NCBI GenBank assembly: GCA_964658305.1
Contig: OZ210885.1
Span: 7,440,001-7,504,000, forward strand
Source: Leptogorgia sarmentosa
Lineage: Eukaryota
Direction: 5' to 3'
Length of the DNA: 64,000 nucleotides
How positions within the stretch are numbered: position 1 is the first letter of the stretch; each line of letters starts with the position of its first letter. The notes under the pieces were generated by a model. It saw only the letters and a list, made by a program, of their open reading frames with translations. It did no database searches and had not been told where the DNA came from. Made by a program: the position numbers and the translations under genes. Positions 12,120-25,100 of the stretch are shown piece after piece.

Positions 12120-12359
12120 AACTCAAAAGCTTGCTGTAGAATTATATTACTTTCCCATCCTGCACTGATGTGATGTTTCAACATGGTAAAAAAAAGAGTG
12201 AAGATTATGCACTTGTTTTCATTCTTTGTAAAACGTTACTATTTAGTCTTTGATTGATTTATAAAATCGAATATATTTCAAGCTAGTAAGCGGTACTCTG
12301 AGTTCCACTTTAAGATTATTTCGCATTCTCAAAACTAACTTTCTGATAACGATTCTTTG

Positions 12360-12432
12360 AGCCTCATCAGATATTTGAACTCTGGACCCCTGGTTTACAA
12401 GACCAGTGCTCTAACCACTGAGCTAATGAGGC
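12360..12432 (-). tRNA. TRNAT-UGU: tRNA-Thr(TGT)
   Basis: Same body; one T-stem mismatch. Confidence 0.85.
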
Positions 12433-12450
12433 AAATTCTTCCCTTCTAAA

Positions 12451-12492
12451 CTCCAGATCAGAAGGTTGAGTGTTCAATTCACTTCAAGGTCA
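12451..12492 (+). pseudogene. 3' half of tRNA-Trp(CCA)
   Basis: CTCCAGATCAGAAGGTTGAGTGTTCAATTCACTTCAAGGTCA with no 5' half. Confidence 0.75.
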
Positions 12493-12585
12493 AGCACTTC
12501 TGGCCACGCTGTCTCTCGAAATTTACCAAATTCAAATTAAAAATATTACCGTTATTTTCACATTCCGAGAAAAGATAAATGTTTC

Positions 12586-12657
12586 TCCCATGTGGTTCAG
12601 TGGTTAGGATCTGGCGCTCTCACCGCTAAGGCCCGGGTTCGATTCCCGGCATGGGAA
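12586..12657 (+). tRNA. TRNAE-CUC: tRNA-Glu(CTC)
   Basis: 72-nt cloverleaf; loop CTCTCAC. Confidence 0.88.
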
Positions 12658-12950
12658 TAATACTTGCGAGAGAAGGAAAAAAATATGCAATTCGAGAAAT
12701 TATCAAAACCATTGCCATTATACTAGCTCTATCCCTCTCACCCACTCATTTGGTGTTTTCTGTATTTAAGTCCTTGTTGACATGATATAGCTTGCTTTTC
12801 CACACAAAAAATAGATTTTACTGATCATATTTAAAGTGTAACAATTTCCTAAAACATACTCTTATCTATCATTTGAAAGTGTTTGGTCAAAATGATGGGC
12901 ATCTTGAATTGTGGAATATGAACATTATAACGAAAAAGTTGGGCAACTTT

Positions 12951-13031
12951 GCGTTGGTGGTTCAGTGGTAGAATTATCGCCTGCCACGCCCTGCCACGCG
13001 GGAGACCGGGGTTCGATTCCCCGCTAACACA
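12951..13031 (+). pseudogene. tRNA-Gly(GCC) with 10-bp tandem duplication of the anticodon loop
   Basis: ...TCG-CCTGCCACGC-CCTGCCACGC-GGGAG... Confidence 0.75.
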
Positions 13032-13167
13032 GATTATTTTCATTTTTTCATCCATTTTATTCCCAAGCAACCTTGGGCCTACGTCCCACGCGGTCACCTC
13101 AGAGTATAGGTCAGTTGTAGATGTGAATGTTTAGTTGAACAACGCGAAACCTGTTGGTTGTGGCAAC

Positions 13168-13249
13168 GTAGTCGTGGCCGAGCGGTTAAGGCGGCAGACT
13201 AGAAATCTGTTGGGAGTTTCCCGCCCAGGTTCAAATCCTGCCGACTACG
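13168..13249 (+). tRNA. TRNAS-AGA: tRNA-Ser(AGA)
   Basis: GTAGTCGTGGCCGAGCGGTTAAGGCG-GCAGA-CTAGAAA-TCTGT, long variable arm, 82 nt. Confidence 0.92.
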
Positions 13250-13512
13250 TTATGCAAAGTCTTCAACACTTTGGCCTCAATATGTAAACATGATTTTTTG
13301 GGGGAAAAACTCGAGGAGAGGAAGTTCTGTTCTCGGTGGTGGCGGATGAGTGTTTAAAGTGACAGATTCAATGTACAAGTTTTCCATCCACAAATTCAAC
13401 GGAAAGATGTTGCGTTTTTTATTGTATTAAGGTTATGAAACATGCCAAGAAAAATTTTGTATTTGAATATAAAATAGAAACTAGGGATCCAAGGATAGTG
13501 CAAAGTTTCTAA

Positions 13513-13632
13513 GGCCTAGGTCGAACGTCGAACTTTTCATGCGCTGAACCTAATGCAAATGAGCTCAAACAAAGAACTTGGCTCATTAACATTAGGTTCG
13601 GCACATGAAAAGTTCGACGTTTGACCTAGGCC
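13513..13632. mobile_element. Palindromic Harbinger-like MITE
   Basis: GGCCTAGGTCGAACGTCGAACTTTTCATG...CATGAAAAGTTCGACGTTTGACCTAGGCC flanked by TAA/TTA; diverged relative near 2925-3035. Confidence 0.7.
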
Positions 13633-16600
13633 TTAGAGGACAATAAAATCATATTTTTCAAAAGAAAACTAAGGAAACATTGTTGACGTGATACGAGAAA
13701 ATAATCACTATTTTATTGTCTGGAAGCAACTGCCATCGCAGCAGCGCGCGTGTAAAGCAAATCAGATAAATCTCTGACCTCTGACCTTTTTGAAATTATA
13801 TACACATCGTACTGAACAAATGATCTTAAAAGAGTTAAGTCACAATGTGGCACGCTACTTCTGCGTCTTAATAAAATATCCAGTTTATTCACAGTATCAG
13901 CCAACGTTAAATTTACTTTTGTATGCCTATATGTTGTTTAGTTCATTTAGTATCGAAAATTCTGTAAATCCCCGGTATTTTCGGGCAAACAAACAGCCCA
14001 AGCTTTGTGATGCCGTCGACCAGTGTTGTCGAGTCGGAGACAGCGAAAACAAACACGAAAGCTATAAATGCGAAAGCTCGCAAATATGTTGCCTATCATC
14101 AACCAATTTAAAATATATGACGAGTTCTACTGTGTTACACATTTTAGTTTGCCCGCAATGTCGGCCAACTAAATTTTTAATATAAATACGCACGGCGGCT
14201 GTTAACAGTACTAAACTGTCCATGACAAATACAAGTTTTCTACAGAAATGATAATAAATTCAAATCTCTAGATTCATTGCTGATATATAAAGAACATTTT
14301 AACTGTTTTATCAACGCATTCAGACATGTTGGCCACATTATATTATCATCACAGTCAGTGAATTACTGATTCACGGTCCCACTCATAGCGTCCGCCATAT
14401 TGTGTAATTTCATTCCCAAAAAGTGCTGAGTTGCAATTTTTGCAAAAACTGAAATTCCGGAGGGGCGTCCGCCATTGCGTACTGTATTTCTGCGCTTCTT
14501 TGATCACATTTCACTTCTAACAAACTTTCATATCAATGAGAAGAACTGCAAATAATGATGAGCAACGATGTATAACTGCAATCGAATCATTTTTGTTCAA
14601 ACATTTCAAGGATATCAGTCAAATACCGAGTTTCGCATGTCAGGAGAATTTGGGACGCTCCCCCCGGAGTTTACACTATGAATGACTGAATGATTACATG
14701 ACTGATGTGAATTTTCGCCACTCATCACAATACTGCACAAAGTTTCTTTGAAACTTTGCACTAAAAATGAAATCCTAATTTTAACATTATGTTGAAATTG
14801 GGTTAATGTCTGAGTGCGATGACTGATTATCGACAACCAGCAAATTTTTTTTCCACTATCTACATATTAAATGATACCACAAGGTTTGACATTTTGAACA
14901 ACTGGGCCCTTGGCCAGGAAATATTGTGGGAGATGAGAGACACATGGGATTATATACAATTGCATTAAGTAATCTATATATGTAGGTGACTAAAATAAAA
15001 ACCATATTGGAAAACCATTGACAACAAAGATGTTAATATGTTCACCCTCATAAAAATAATATGTGCACTTTTCCTTAACTATCAACACTGATCCTCGATC
15101 AAGGAGCATCTCATGCTTGTCGATTCTGTTATCCGCTGGTAATACTGACCACATTCTGAAGTTTGTTACTAGACAATTAACTTACCTTAATTTATTTTAT
15201 AATCTCAGGAAACTAAATGTTTTAATTTGGCAGCCTTGATTCAGGTTGAAAATCAAATTTTTCACACTATGTATTGTTGTTGGATGATGTCAACAGCTGA
15301 ACCAATCACATTTCTATAAGGAGATAAGAAAATGGGGCAGAGCCAGTGTTAATTTTGACAAGAAATCAACAATTTCATTGATGTTTCATAGACCAACTAA
15401 ATGTTGTGGTCTACTTTATTGTAACATGACCCAAACTAAAAAATCAGTCCCCCCTCCCCTTGTTCTCCCCCACCCCCCATCTATACTCTAAGATATCGGC
15501 AAAGTACACAATATATAATAAATGAGGTAATCAATGTGAGGATTATATATACTGTAACTACCATGTTTTAGACCTGATCATGACCGGGGATGGGAAATAA
15601 AACACTTAATGTTCTTTGGCAGTATCTGTGACAGTTTGATTTTGTTTGGGCAGTATTATATAACAACTGAGCAATAACAACCAACCATCTGCACAAATAC
15701 AAGATAAATCTACATGAACTTAAAGTTATTACTCAACAAGTGACTTCTATAGCTCGGTCGGTCAGAATGCTGGTCTGGAATCTCATGGTTACAATTCCTG
15801 ACAGTCAGGTTTTATAGATTCAAACAGTTTATAAAACTTATATCATAAGCTAACAAATCTAACAATGAAAATTAAAGTAAAATGTGCGAGAGGCAGGGGG
15901 GATTTTTCCAGTAAGTGGCAGAAAGAAACTCATGTCGATCTAGTTTGACAGTTTATGTACATGTATGCAAAATGGAATTTAAGGAATGAAAACATGTGAG
16001 CAAAAAACATGCATGATTTGTTTTGCAGTTTCAGGCCCAGTCATATTCTTTCTGCAATAAAATTAGGATTTCACATTCAATGCCTTATTTTCAATCAGCA
16101 ATTCAATCCATCCAGATTGTAATCAAAATGAAAATGGACTCAATCCGGAGTGAGTTGTAACTCAATTCTGATTGATGTAGTCAAATCTAATCCAATCCCT
16201 TATCAGCCTTATGATTTCAAAACACAAATGAAATATGTAGGTCTGATCTAAATCAGGTAAACACAACCTAAATTCAATTGTCATTTGAAATTTGCACTGA
16301 AATATAACATCAGTATAGGTTGACGGTAAATCAATATGGTTTTATAGAACTTCACTCAATGTGAAAAATTTTGAGGGGAGTTAATGTGTCTTGATATTGA
16401 GTAAAAATTATACACGTGCAGGGGCGCCATGGACTGAAATGCAGCAGGGAAAGCTTTGTGGAAAGGGCACCAAAGTGTCAGAGTCAAGACCCTGTGTGGG
16501 GTTCCATAGGGTTACAGTCTTACAAATGCCATTTCATGTGGGGTTTTTTGTTCACATGTGAATCAGTTGCCCTTGTTGCTCCAGCGCCCCTGTACGCATG

Positions 16601-17608
16601 AGGGATTGTTAAAATCCCAACAAGGGTCAGTTGAGAATAATTCATCAACTATAAGATTCCCTGCCAGGAAACAAACCTACATGTCTGTATGATGCTGATG
16701 CTCTGCTCTGCTTTGAACACTAAGGCACACAGCACTAATAGTTGATGATTTTCCCTTTACTGTTTCTGGTTGCAATCTCAACAGGTGTACTCTATGATTT
16801 GCATTCAAAGACACAAGACATATTATTACTAAAAATCAGTACAGGTTATCTGGCAATTATCTTCCGCATTTGTGCATCATTATAGAATGCATGACATTAC
16901 TGTGGACTGCACATTAACTAAATGATTTGAACGACACAGAATCAACAAAGGCCTCTCAAATTAATGTGACAATCAATATTATCTATGACATAATAAACCC
17001 ACAATAATCTAATGGCATACATGAAAATATGTTTACTTTCATATTCATCATAAATCAACAGTACTACATGACTGTATATTTTACAAGCATTTTGATTTCA
17101 TCAAATGAAACAAATAAAGTGCAATACAACCAAAGTAAACACTCAAAATATTCACAACAAATTTGCCAGAAGACAGAGAAATTTCAATATAAGATTGCAT
17201 CAATGTCCTTAATAAAACATACTGCAATGATCACAAGATAATGTCTCAAGTTGAAAAAAATATAACTGACCGTAAATGAAAGTTCAAATTGTAACAATAT
17301 TTACCTTGAATTGCGACTTTTCTGTGTCCGTGAAACCAAACAACGAAAGATTTTAGAACGATTTCGAATCTTGTTCGAAAGATAAGCAATAAAATTCTGT
17401 TGATGTTGTAAAATACCTTCTGAAATTCCAGCAAGAAGACTAGACGCCTCTTCTACGAAATTCCCCGACTCCCGAGCCTCAAAATAACATGACGTCATTA
17501 TTGGAAGAAGTGACGACAATCTACGAAGATCTTACGAACAACAATCGGAGAGCAGGATTACAAAACTAGGTACGCAGTGAGTACATATTATCCTAGTAGC
17601 CCTACAAG

Positions 17609-18219
17609 TAGGCCCTGCCCGATTGTGCTCGGCAACTTTTTAGCAACTTTTGGCATTTCGAGCAACTTTTTCCGACTATTGCAACTTCAAGCAACATTTG
17701 CGTTTCAGGGCAACTTTGCTGCAAATTTCAGGTTTACTGTATAAATCATCAATAATTTTGCCCAAAAATTTAAAGATTCGATAAATGATAATATAAAAAA
17801 ACATTTTCTGATGATAATTTATTGAAGTGTAATGTTTCAGCCTGTCAGCGTCGGCCAGCCTTTACTTGGTAATTGATATTCTTTACTAGGGTTACCTGTG
17901 TAAGTGTTCAGCACTAGAAACAAAATGGCGTCTTCATTTTTAAACTAGCGCCTAAATAGAGGAATGGCAAATTTGCCCGCTTTGCCCGCATTTATAGTTA
18001 AAGTCATTTTAAAATATATAACCCTGACCCAACGGTGTGAAATATGTGTGAAAATTTCGTCAACTTTAGGTATCGAGCAGGCGCAACTTTTGATGTTCAA
18101 GTAGCAACTTTTTGCTTTTTGGGCATCTTTTTAGCAACTTTTGGCATTTTAGGAAGCAACTTTTCGCATTTTAGGTGGCAACTTTCTAGGATTTTACGAG
18201 CACAATCGGGCAGGGCCTA
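17609..18219. mobile_element. hAT-type MITE
   Basis: Perfect 23-bp TIR TAGGCCCTGCCCGATTGTGCTCG, 8-bp TSD CCTACAAG, subterminal GCAACTTT repeats. Confidence 0.9.
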
Positions 18220-18687
18220 CCTACAAGCCGCACGCATGACGTAACACGCAGTAGTAAAATATGATAAGGTTGGCTAGTAAAAAATATCAGTCACTACCGC
18301 TCAAAACAAGTCGAAAAAATCAACGTCTCGTGAACAAACTTCACTAAAAAATAGCAGCCCCTACTTTGAGGGTAGTATTACTAAATATGCACAACGTTTT
18401 CTGGTAACAAAACGAGAGAAAAAGTCGGAAAAAAACGAAAGGTTTGTTTGAATTTGCCGTGTCTCGATGCTGGAAGCCTGTTGTCGTGCAAAAATTGCCG
18501 TTTGAAATGACGAATACGCGATCCTATTGGTTATAAAAAACCCGACATAACAGCCCACCAATAGGATTGCTCCTAGTAGCAGGGGCTGCTATTTTTTAGC
18601 CAAGTTTGTTTACGAGACGTAGATTTTTTCGACTTATTTTAAGCCGTAGTGAGTGATATTATCATTTACTTGCCAACCTATCATATT

Positions 18688-19326
18688 AGGGACCTTTCAT
18701 TTAATATGTCGGAGGGGGGACCGGTAAACCTTTCATAATCTTAAACAAAATCATATAGCCCCCCCCCTAAATATCAGAATAAAATCGTCTGAACCTCCCC
18801 CCCCCGCAAAGGAGAGTGGAAATTGTATGACCAACCCCCCCCCCCCCCTTACTCCCACTTAACGCAAATTTGGAAGGTGGGAGTACAAAAGGGTAATAAT
18901 CGAAATTTATCTGGCTATTGCACTTTGAATATTACGATTTAATTAACTTGTAGAGAGCAAGGCCGATGAATCTCTTTGATTTCGGCGAAACGTAGAAACG
19001 ACCAAGTAAATAGTTGGTCGTTTCTACTTGGAATTTTTGCCTTCACAGCATTTGCGAATTGGCACCAGGTTGCCAATGTATTGCAATTCTGAATTTTCAT
19101 CCTGTGTTATGTCATTGTAATCGATCTACTTTTGAGATTCTGTTGGAATTAATAAAATCCTTTTTGCAAGTTTGTAGGCTGTACCAGAAATTTATATTCC
19201 CCCCCCCCCCCCTCTTCACCACTTAAAATTCTTAATGCCCTCCCCCGCCCCAATATACATTAAAAATCGTACAACCCCCCTTATATTCTTACCGCCCCCC
19301 TCCGACATATTAAATGAACGGTCTCT
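18688..19326. mobile_element. TIR MITE with C-tracts
   Basis: AGGGACCTTTCATTTAATATGTCGGAGGGGGG mirrored by CCCCCCTCCGACATATTAAATGAACGGTCTCT. Confidence 0.75.
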
Positions 19327-19877
19327 TTTACTACTGAATGTTACGTCATGCGTGCGGCTTGTTGAGCTACCTATGATGTGATTGGCAATTTAAAATGTTA
19401 AAATGGGTTACATTGAATGCCTTACCCCTAAATGTTTGGAAATGACTGGAAATTTCGGGGGAAAGAACCGGATTATTTGCTTGCAGCATTTCATATCTGT
19501 TAATTGAAAAAAAAGCTACTACAAACAACGTGATAAGAAAGGCCTGGGACAACATGATTGAAATTTTTCATTGTAGATACTTTGGACTGTTCAGGTTGCA
19601 TATGATACAAGATCACTTGCTGATTCCAAACATATGAACTTCATTTGCACGGTTTCCATGGTTACTCAGCCAAATCCTTCTTTATATGTACGTCTAAAAA
19701 ACTGTTACTCGAACGAAAATTCAAATATAGTCATTGTTTATGACTAATCGTTTTCAAGTATTAGTGGATAGATTTAACAAGAATCGTAGTATATGCATCT
19801 TAACCGTTTGGGTCGCATATTTCACATCAGGCCGCTTTAAAGAATTTGAAAGTTTTCCAGTTTATAGGTATGATAAG

Positions 19878-19949
19878 AAGGAGCGGGCGGATTTGAACCA
19901 CCGACCTCTCGATCTGCAGTCGAATGCTCTACCACTGAGCTACACTCCC
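19878..19949 (-). tRNA. TRNAC-GCA: tRNA-Cys(GCA)
   Basis: GGGAGTGTAGCTCAGTGGTAGAGCATTCGACTGCAGATCGAGAGG...; 72 nt. Confidence 0.92.
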
Positions 19950-20404
19950 TGTGTACTCTCCTGGTTAATTACGTACATATACTTTCAAACGCAGCTATCA
20001 TCATTTCACGGACCTCTATTTTTTCAATACTATATTCAAATAGAAAATCATTCTTGGCATGTTTCATAATCTTGACACAATAAAAAACGCGACTTCTTTC
20101 CGTTGATTTTGTAGATGGAAAACTTGGACCTTGAATCTGTCACTTTAAACACTCAGCCACCACCACCGAGAACAGAATCTCCTCTCACTGAGTTTTTCCC
20201 CAAAAAATTCATGTTTACAATTCGAGGCCAAAAGTTTAAAGACTTTGCATAACATAAATTTCAAACCGATTGCAGAAGCTTTATAACAGATGTGCCAGAA
20301 TAATAATGAAGTGCAAAAACGAGCATGGTCCATCAGTTTTGGCCCGTGGACCGTGGTATTCTTGGATGGAAAACCCTTCAAGGAAAAAGGGCCCATCTAA
20401 ATCA

Positions 20405-20805
20405 TAGCCAGACTTATGTATAAGATTTTGCATAACATGGCACCAACAAAACTACGCGACATTCTAATTATGTCTAATAGTATTCATCACTATAATTTAC
20501 CAGGGTCCGATCGACACTGCTCATTATCTTCCGCGTCCGGAAACTGAATATCGCAAAAAATGTTTTAGTTTTAGAGGACCTATAATGTGAAATTCCTTAC
20601 CTGAACACGTAAGGAATAGTGAATCTCTGACCATATTTAATAATTACATTTCCAATGCCAGCCTGACTAATACCTAATAATTAACTTATATAGCTAACTG
20701 TATATTTTTTAAAGAATGTTTGTATGTAATAGTAATTTTGTAAATAAGCACGTCCCACTTAAGTGGCTAACGTGTTGAAATAAAGTTTTACCTACCTACC
20801 TACCT
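20405..20805 (+). mobile_element. 3' end of an L2/CR1-group LINE
   Basis: Decayed ORF2 C-terminus (RPETEYRKKCFSFRGPIMWNSLPEHVRNSESL), AATAAA and (TACC)n tail. Confidence 0.7.
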
Positions 20806-21212
20806 TTGTTGGCGGAGAAAGAGAGCTGAGAAAGTCAATAGACTCGTGGAACCAGTTCTTGACGCAAAGGAATGTTAAATGGGTTTTCAACCAACCCAGA
20901 TTATCTCAACACGGGGTGTCTGGGAGGCTGGGAGCGATGTATTCGTACATTAAGGAAAGTACTGAACGCAATTACGAGGGAACAAATAATGAACGAAGAA
21001 CGATTGGGTACACTCATGTGCGAAGTCGAAGCGATCGTGAACGGCCGACCGATACGAAGGTATCTGACGATCCCCAAGACCTCGAAGCCCTCACACCAAA
21101 TCACCTGCTGCTGCTGCGAAAGGAACCAGAATTGTCCCCTGGTATCTTCACAGAGAATGATAATTACTCACGTCGCAAGTGGAGACAAGTCCAATACCTA
21201 GCGGATGTTTTT
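20806..21212 (+). mobile_element. BEL/Pao LTR retrotransposon integrase fragment, frameshifted
   Basis: LMCEVEAIVNGRP...DLEALTPNHLLL...RRKWRQVQYLADVF spread over several frames. Confidence 0.85.
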
Positions 21213-21883
21213 TCAATCCTTAACATGTGGATTGATTACTTATTACCATTAACATCAACAATCACTTATTTTCACGCCCTGGTGAGCAGACAACCCTGTG
21301 TGTTTTAGGCATCAAGAAATTGTTTGACTGAGGGGCAATTGACAAGAAATTAACAAGGCACATTTCTACACAGACAGATATTTAAATTGAGAAGACACAT
21401 ATTGTAATTTGAAAGATCAATCCTATAGTGGGTCGGAGTGCCTAACCTCAGGGAGTATTGGAACATGCATGGAAAAATACCTATTCATAAAAAAGACGGT
21501 AACGAACTTCAAAGTTATTCAGAATTAGGCATTTGAGAGTTATAAGATAAACAAAGGCAGCTGAGCACTCAGTTGGCTCCACAAATTCTGGATATGGGAT
21601 AATTTGCAAACGGGCAGCTCTAAATTCAGGAGAGAAGAAGTCGTCATCAAGTTCAAGTAGTCCTAATTGTTCTGCAACAGTGCAACTTCATGCTTACAAA
21701 CCAAATTAAAGATGTAAATCACTAATGTAAAATAAAATATACAGTTAAATCTTCCAGGTTGCTTAATCCATTAGGCTGCAGAGCTTCCCCATTGACCAGT
21801 AAAATCGTCTGGCATTAGACAAGTAAAAAATAGGTATCATCGTCAAGGAGTAACATCCCCACAGCACAGCATAATTATAAGGG

Positions 21884-22076
21884 TGTTAGCAGCATGCATA
21901 GCTTGATATAATAACCATATACATTGGATACTTGATGTAGTTGGAAGTGTTATGTATCGTTAACATGTGACGAATGGTCTCTCTGTTCTTGTACTGATTT
22001 CTTATGTATTTTACTGTTCATATTGTTGATATTAAATCGCTCAACATCAAAGAATGTCCGATATAACATTTTAATA
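21884..22076 (+). repeat. copia 5' LTR
   Basis: TGTTAG...TTAATA, same as 26248-26440. Confidence 0.95.
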
Positions 22077-22178
22077 GGTTATGGGCCCAGGACACTCTAA
22101 TATGTCTCTGAAGCGTAATTTTATTTGTTTGGAAGCGTATGGCTTGAAACAATACGAACATTTATCGATGAACTAAAC

Positions 22179-25100
22179 ATGGCGACATCGAGGGATTTTT
22201 ACTTAAACTTACTAAGTTAAATGGAGAAAATTATAGAGATTGGGCATTTAACATGCGTCTCTATCTTGAGAGTATGGATTTGTTTGGTCATGCTGATGGA
22301 TCGATCGAGAATCCTGATGAAGAAGCGTCTGAACAGGTGAGGCAAGCATTTAGGTCAGCCTCGAAGAAAGCCTGGACGTACATCTGCCTAGCAGTGGAAC
22401 CCGAACAACAAATTCATGTAAGAGATACGAGTACAGCCAAGGAAGCATGGGACGCCCTGAAACATCAGTTTGCAAGAGTCTCCGTATCGCAAATTGTAAG
22501 ATTACGTCAGCAATATTATTCATGTCGATCTAAAAGTGGTGATAGTATGCTAGATCATATCAATCGCATTAAATCTCTCCACGACCAGTTGAGGGAGATG
22601 GGTATTGAGTATAATGATAAAGAATTGGCAATGACATTGCTCGCAAGTTTGCCTGAAAGCTACAACTCACTTATTACTGCTTTGGATGCAGTAGGAGAAG
22701 ACACATTGACCTACCAGAAGGTGAAAGGAATGTTGCTGAACGATGCTGCGAGAATCTCAGTCACAAAGAAAGATGAGGATGCGTATACTATGCAACGGCC
22801 GTACAATAAAAGAGGATTTAAGCCAAAGGACCAAGGCAAGACTGAAAACCCAAACCAGAATTCATTTCGAGGAACTTGCCATTCATGCAAGAAGAGAGGA
22901 CACTTTGCTCGAGATTGCCCACAACGTAAGAACAATCCCAGTAATTCCAACAAAGGTAAAAGTTCAATTCATTGCACTGCAGAAGAGCCGTGTGACCAAG
23001 ATGATGCTGATGAAATAGCCCTGTTTGTAACTGGTGATGAAAATCACAGTGGTTGGATTATTGATTCGGGAGCGACTCAACACATGACTTATGAACGAGA
23101 CAGTTTATCTGAGTACGTGGAATTCAAGAGACCGTGCAAGGTAAATTTAGGAGATAATCGAGTGATTTTAGCCTATGGAAAAGGAACATACCGGCTATCC
23201 ACTGATTTGAATGGATCGAGTCAGAAAATTGCTTTGAAGAATGTGCTTTATTTACCGGAGCTGAAGAGGAACTTGTTATCAGTTCAAGCCATGAGTAAAT
23301 TAGGAGCAACTGTCGTGTTTAAAGGAGATGAATGCAGAATTTCCATGGATTCAAGATTAGTTGGAATAGGAATAATGCATGGAAAGTTGTACATGCTTAA
23401 AGTTGTCTTGGAGGAATATGTGAATGTTGTGAAGAGTGATCCCAATATGGAACTATGGCACTGTCGATTTGGACATTTGGGGATGGATAACGTTTCCAAA
23501 CTACTAAACAGTAGGATGGTGGAAGGGATGTCTGGTGCGAAGGACGGTGATATGTCTGATGTATGTGAAGCATGCGTTCAGGGAAAGCAGCACCGTTCAC
23601 CATATCCTAAGAAGAGCTCCAATAAAGCAACTGAATTATTCGAAACAGTTCACAGTGATGTATGTGGTCCTATGGGTGTAAAATCATTTGGGAAATCGCA
23701 GTATTTTGTTACATTCATTGATGAATATTCAAGATATACGGAAGTGTATTTCCTGAAAAGTAAAGATGAAGTAATGGAAAAGTTCAAGCAGTATGTGAAT
23801 CAAGTGGAAAAGTTGGGCAAACGGGTGAAGAACCTTCGGTCGGATAATGGTGGAGAGTACTGCTCCAAAGCATTTGATGAATATTTAAAGGCAAAGGGAA
23901 TAACACATCAAACAACTGTTCCATATTGTCCAGAACAAAACGGCATTGCGGAAAGAATGAACCGGACTCTAGTCGAAGCCGCTCGTTCAATGATGTTTCA
24001 TGCGGGTATGCCCAAAGAGTTTTGGGCAGAAGCAATTCACACAGCTTCATATGTTCACAATCGCAGTCCGACGAGTTCACTAAAGGAAGTCACGCCATAT
24101 GAGAGAATGTTTGGTCAGAAACCGGATGTATCCAATTTGAGAGTTTTTGGTTGCATTGCTTTTAAGCATATCCCCGATGCTAAGCGAAGGAAATTGGACA
24201 AAAAGTCGTCCAAGTGTGTGTTTGTAGGATATCCGGAAGGAACTAAGGGCTACAAACTGTACGACCTGGAGAAGAAATCATTTGTTCGCAGTCGAGACAT
24301 TGTGTTTCAGGAAAGAACCTTTCATGATTTTAAATTGAAGGAGAACTCGGAGTTCTATCACGAAGACAATCGTAATCCTGAAAGTTCCGAAATTGATGCT
24401 ATTATTGATCCGAATGACCATAATGAAGAAATCGTGAATGATGGTGTGGAAATTGTCCCTCCAGTACAGTGTAACCGTCCAGTGGGAGCGACGTTCGAGG
24501 ATAATTTTATGCGAGAAGTGGAGAACCTTAATCCACAACGACAAAGAAGACCTCCGCGAAGGTATGATGATGAAGTGTACAACTGCACAGAAGATCTTAC
24601 CGCAGACATTAATGAACCAAGTAACCTTACTGAAGCATTCCATGGAAAGAATAGTGCTGAGTGGAAGAAAGCTGCAGAATCCGAATATAAGTCACTGATT
24701 GACAATCATACCTGGGATCTTGTCCCTCCACCGAAAGACAAGAACGTAATTGGGGGCAAATGGGTATTCAAAGTCAAGAGAAACGTGGATGGAACTGTCC
24801 AAAGGTTCAAGGGAAGATTGGTTGCACAAGGATACGCTCAATCGCCAGGGATCGATTAATATGATGAAGTTTTCGCACCTGTTGTTCGTTACACCTCTAT
24901 ACGTTCACTACTTGCTGTAGCCAACATTTGTAACTGGGAGATACATCAAATGGATGTGAAGACCGCGTTCTTGCAAGGAGATTTGGATGATGAGATTTAT
25001 ATGAAACAACCAAGTGGTTTCGTTGATCCAGAAAGACCAGATCACGTCTGAAAGCTGAACAAGGGGATATATGGGTTGAAGCAAGCAGCTAGATGTTGGA

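Larger units (their letters stand above)
17592..19375. mobile_element. Palindromic P-element-like non-autonomous element containing two nested MITEs
   Basis: Terminal IR TAGTAGCCCTACAAGCCGCACGCATGACGTAAC / GTTACGTCATGCGTGCGGCTTGTTGAGCTAC; internal sequence homologous to 46334-47005. Confidence 0.7.

Noticed and set aside
15742..15805. tRNA-like TAGCTCGGTCGGTCAGA segment
   Set aside because: A box only with no cloverleaf; at most a decayed SINE head.
13700..17520. Short ORFs suggesting a gene between the tRNA cluster and the nested MITEs
   Set aside because: No recognisable domains and no consistent exon chain could be built.
24857..25051. Programmed stop-codon readthrough in copia pol
   Set aside because: Both stops fall inside RT rather than at the gag/pol boundary, and a separate frameshift exists; mutation is the simpler explanation.
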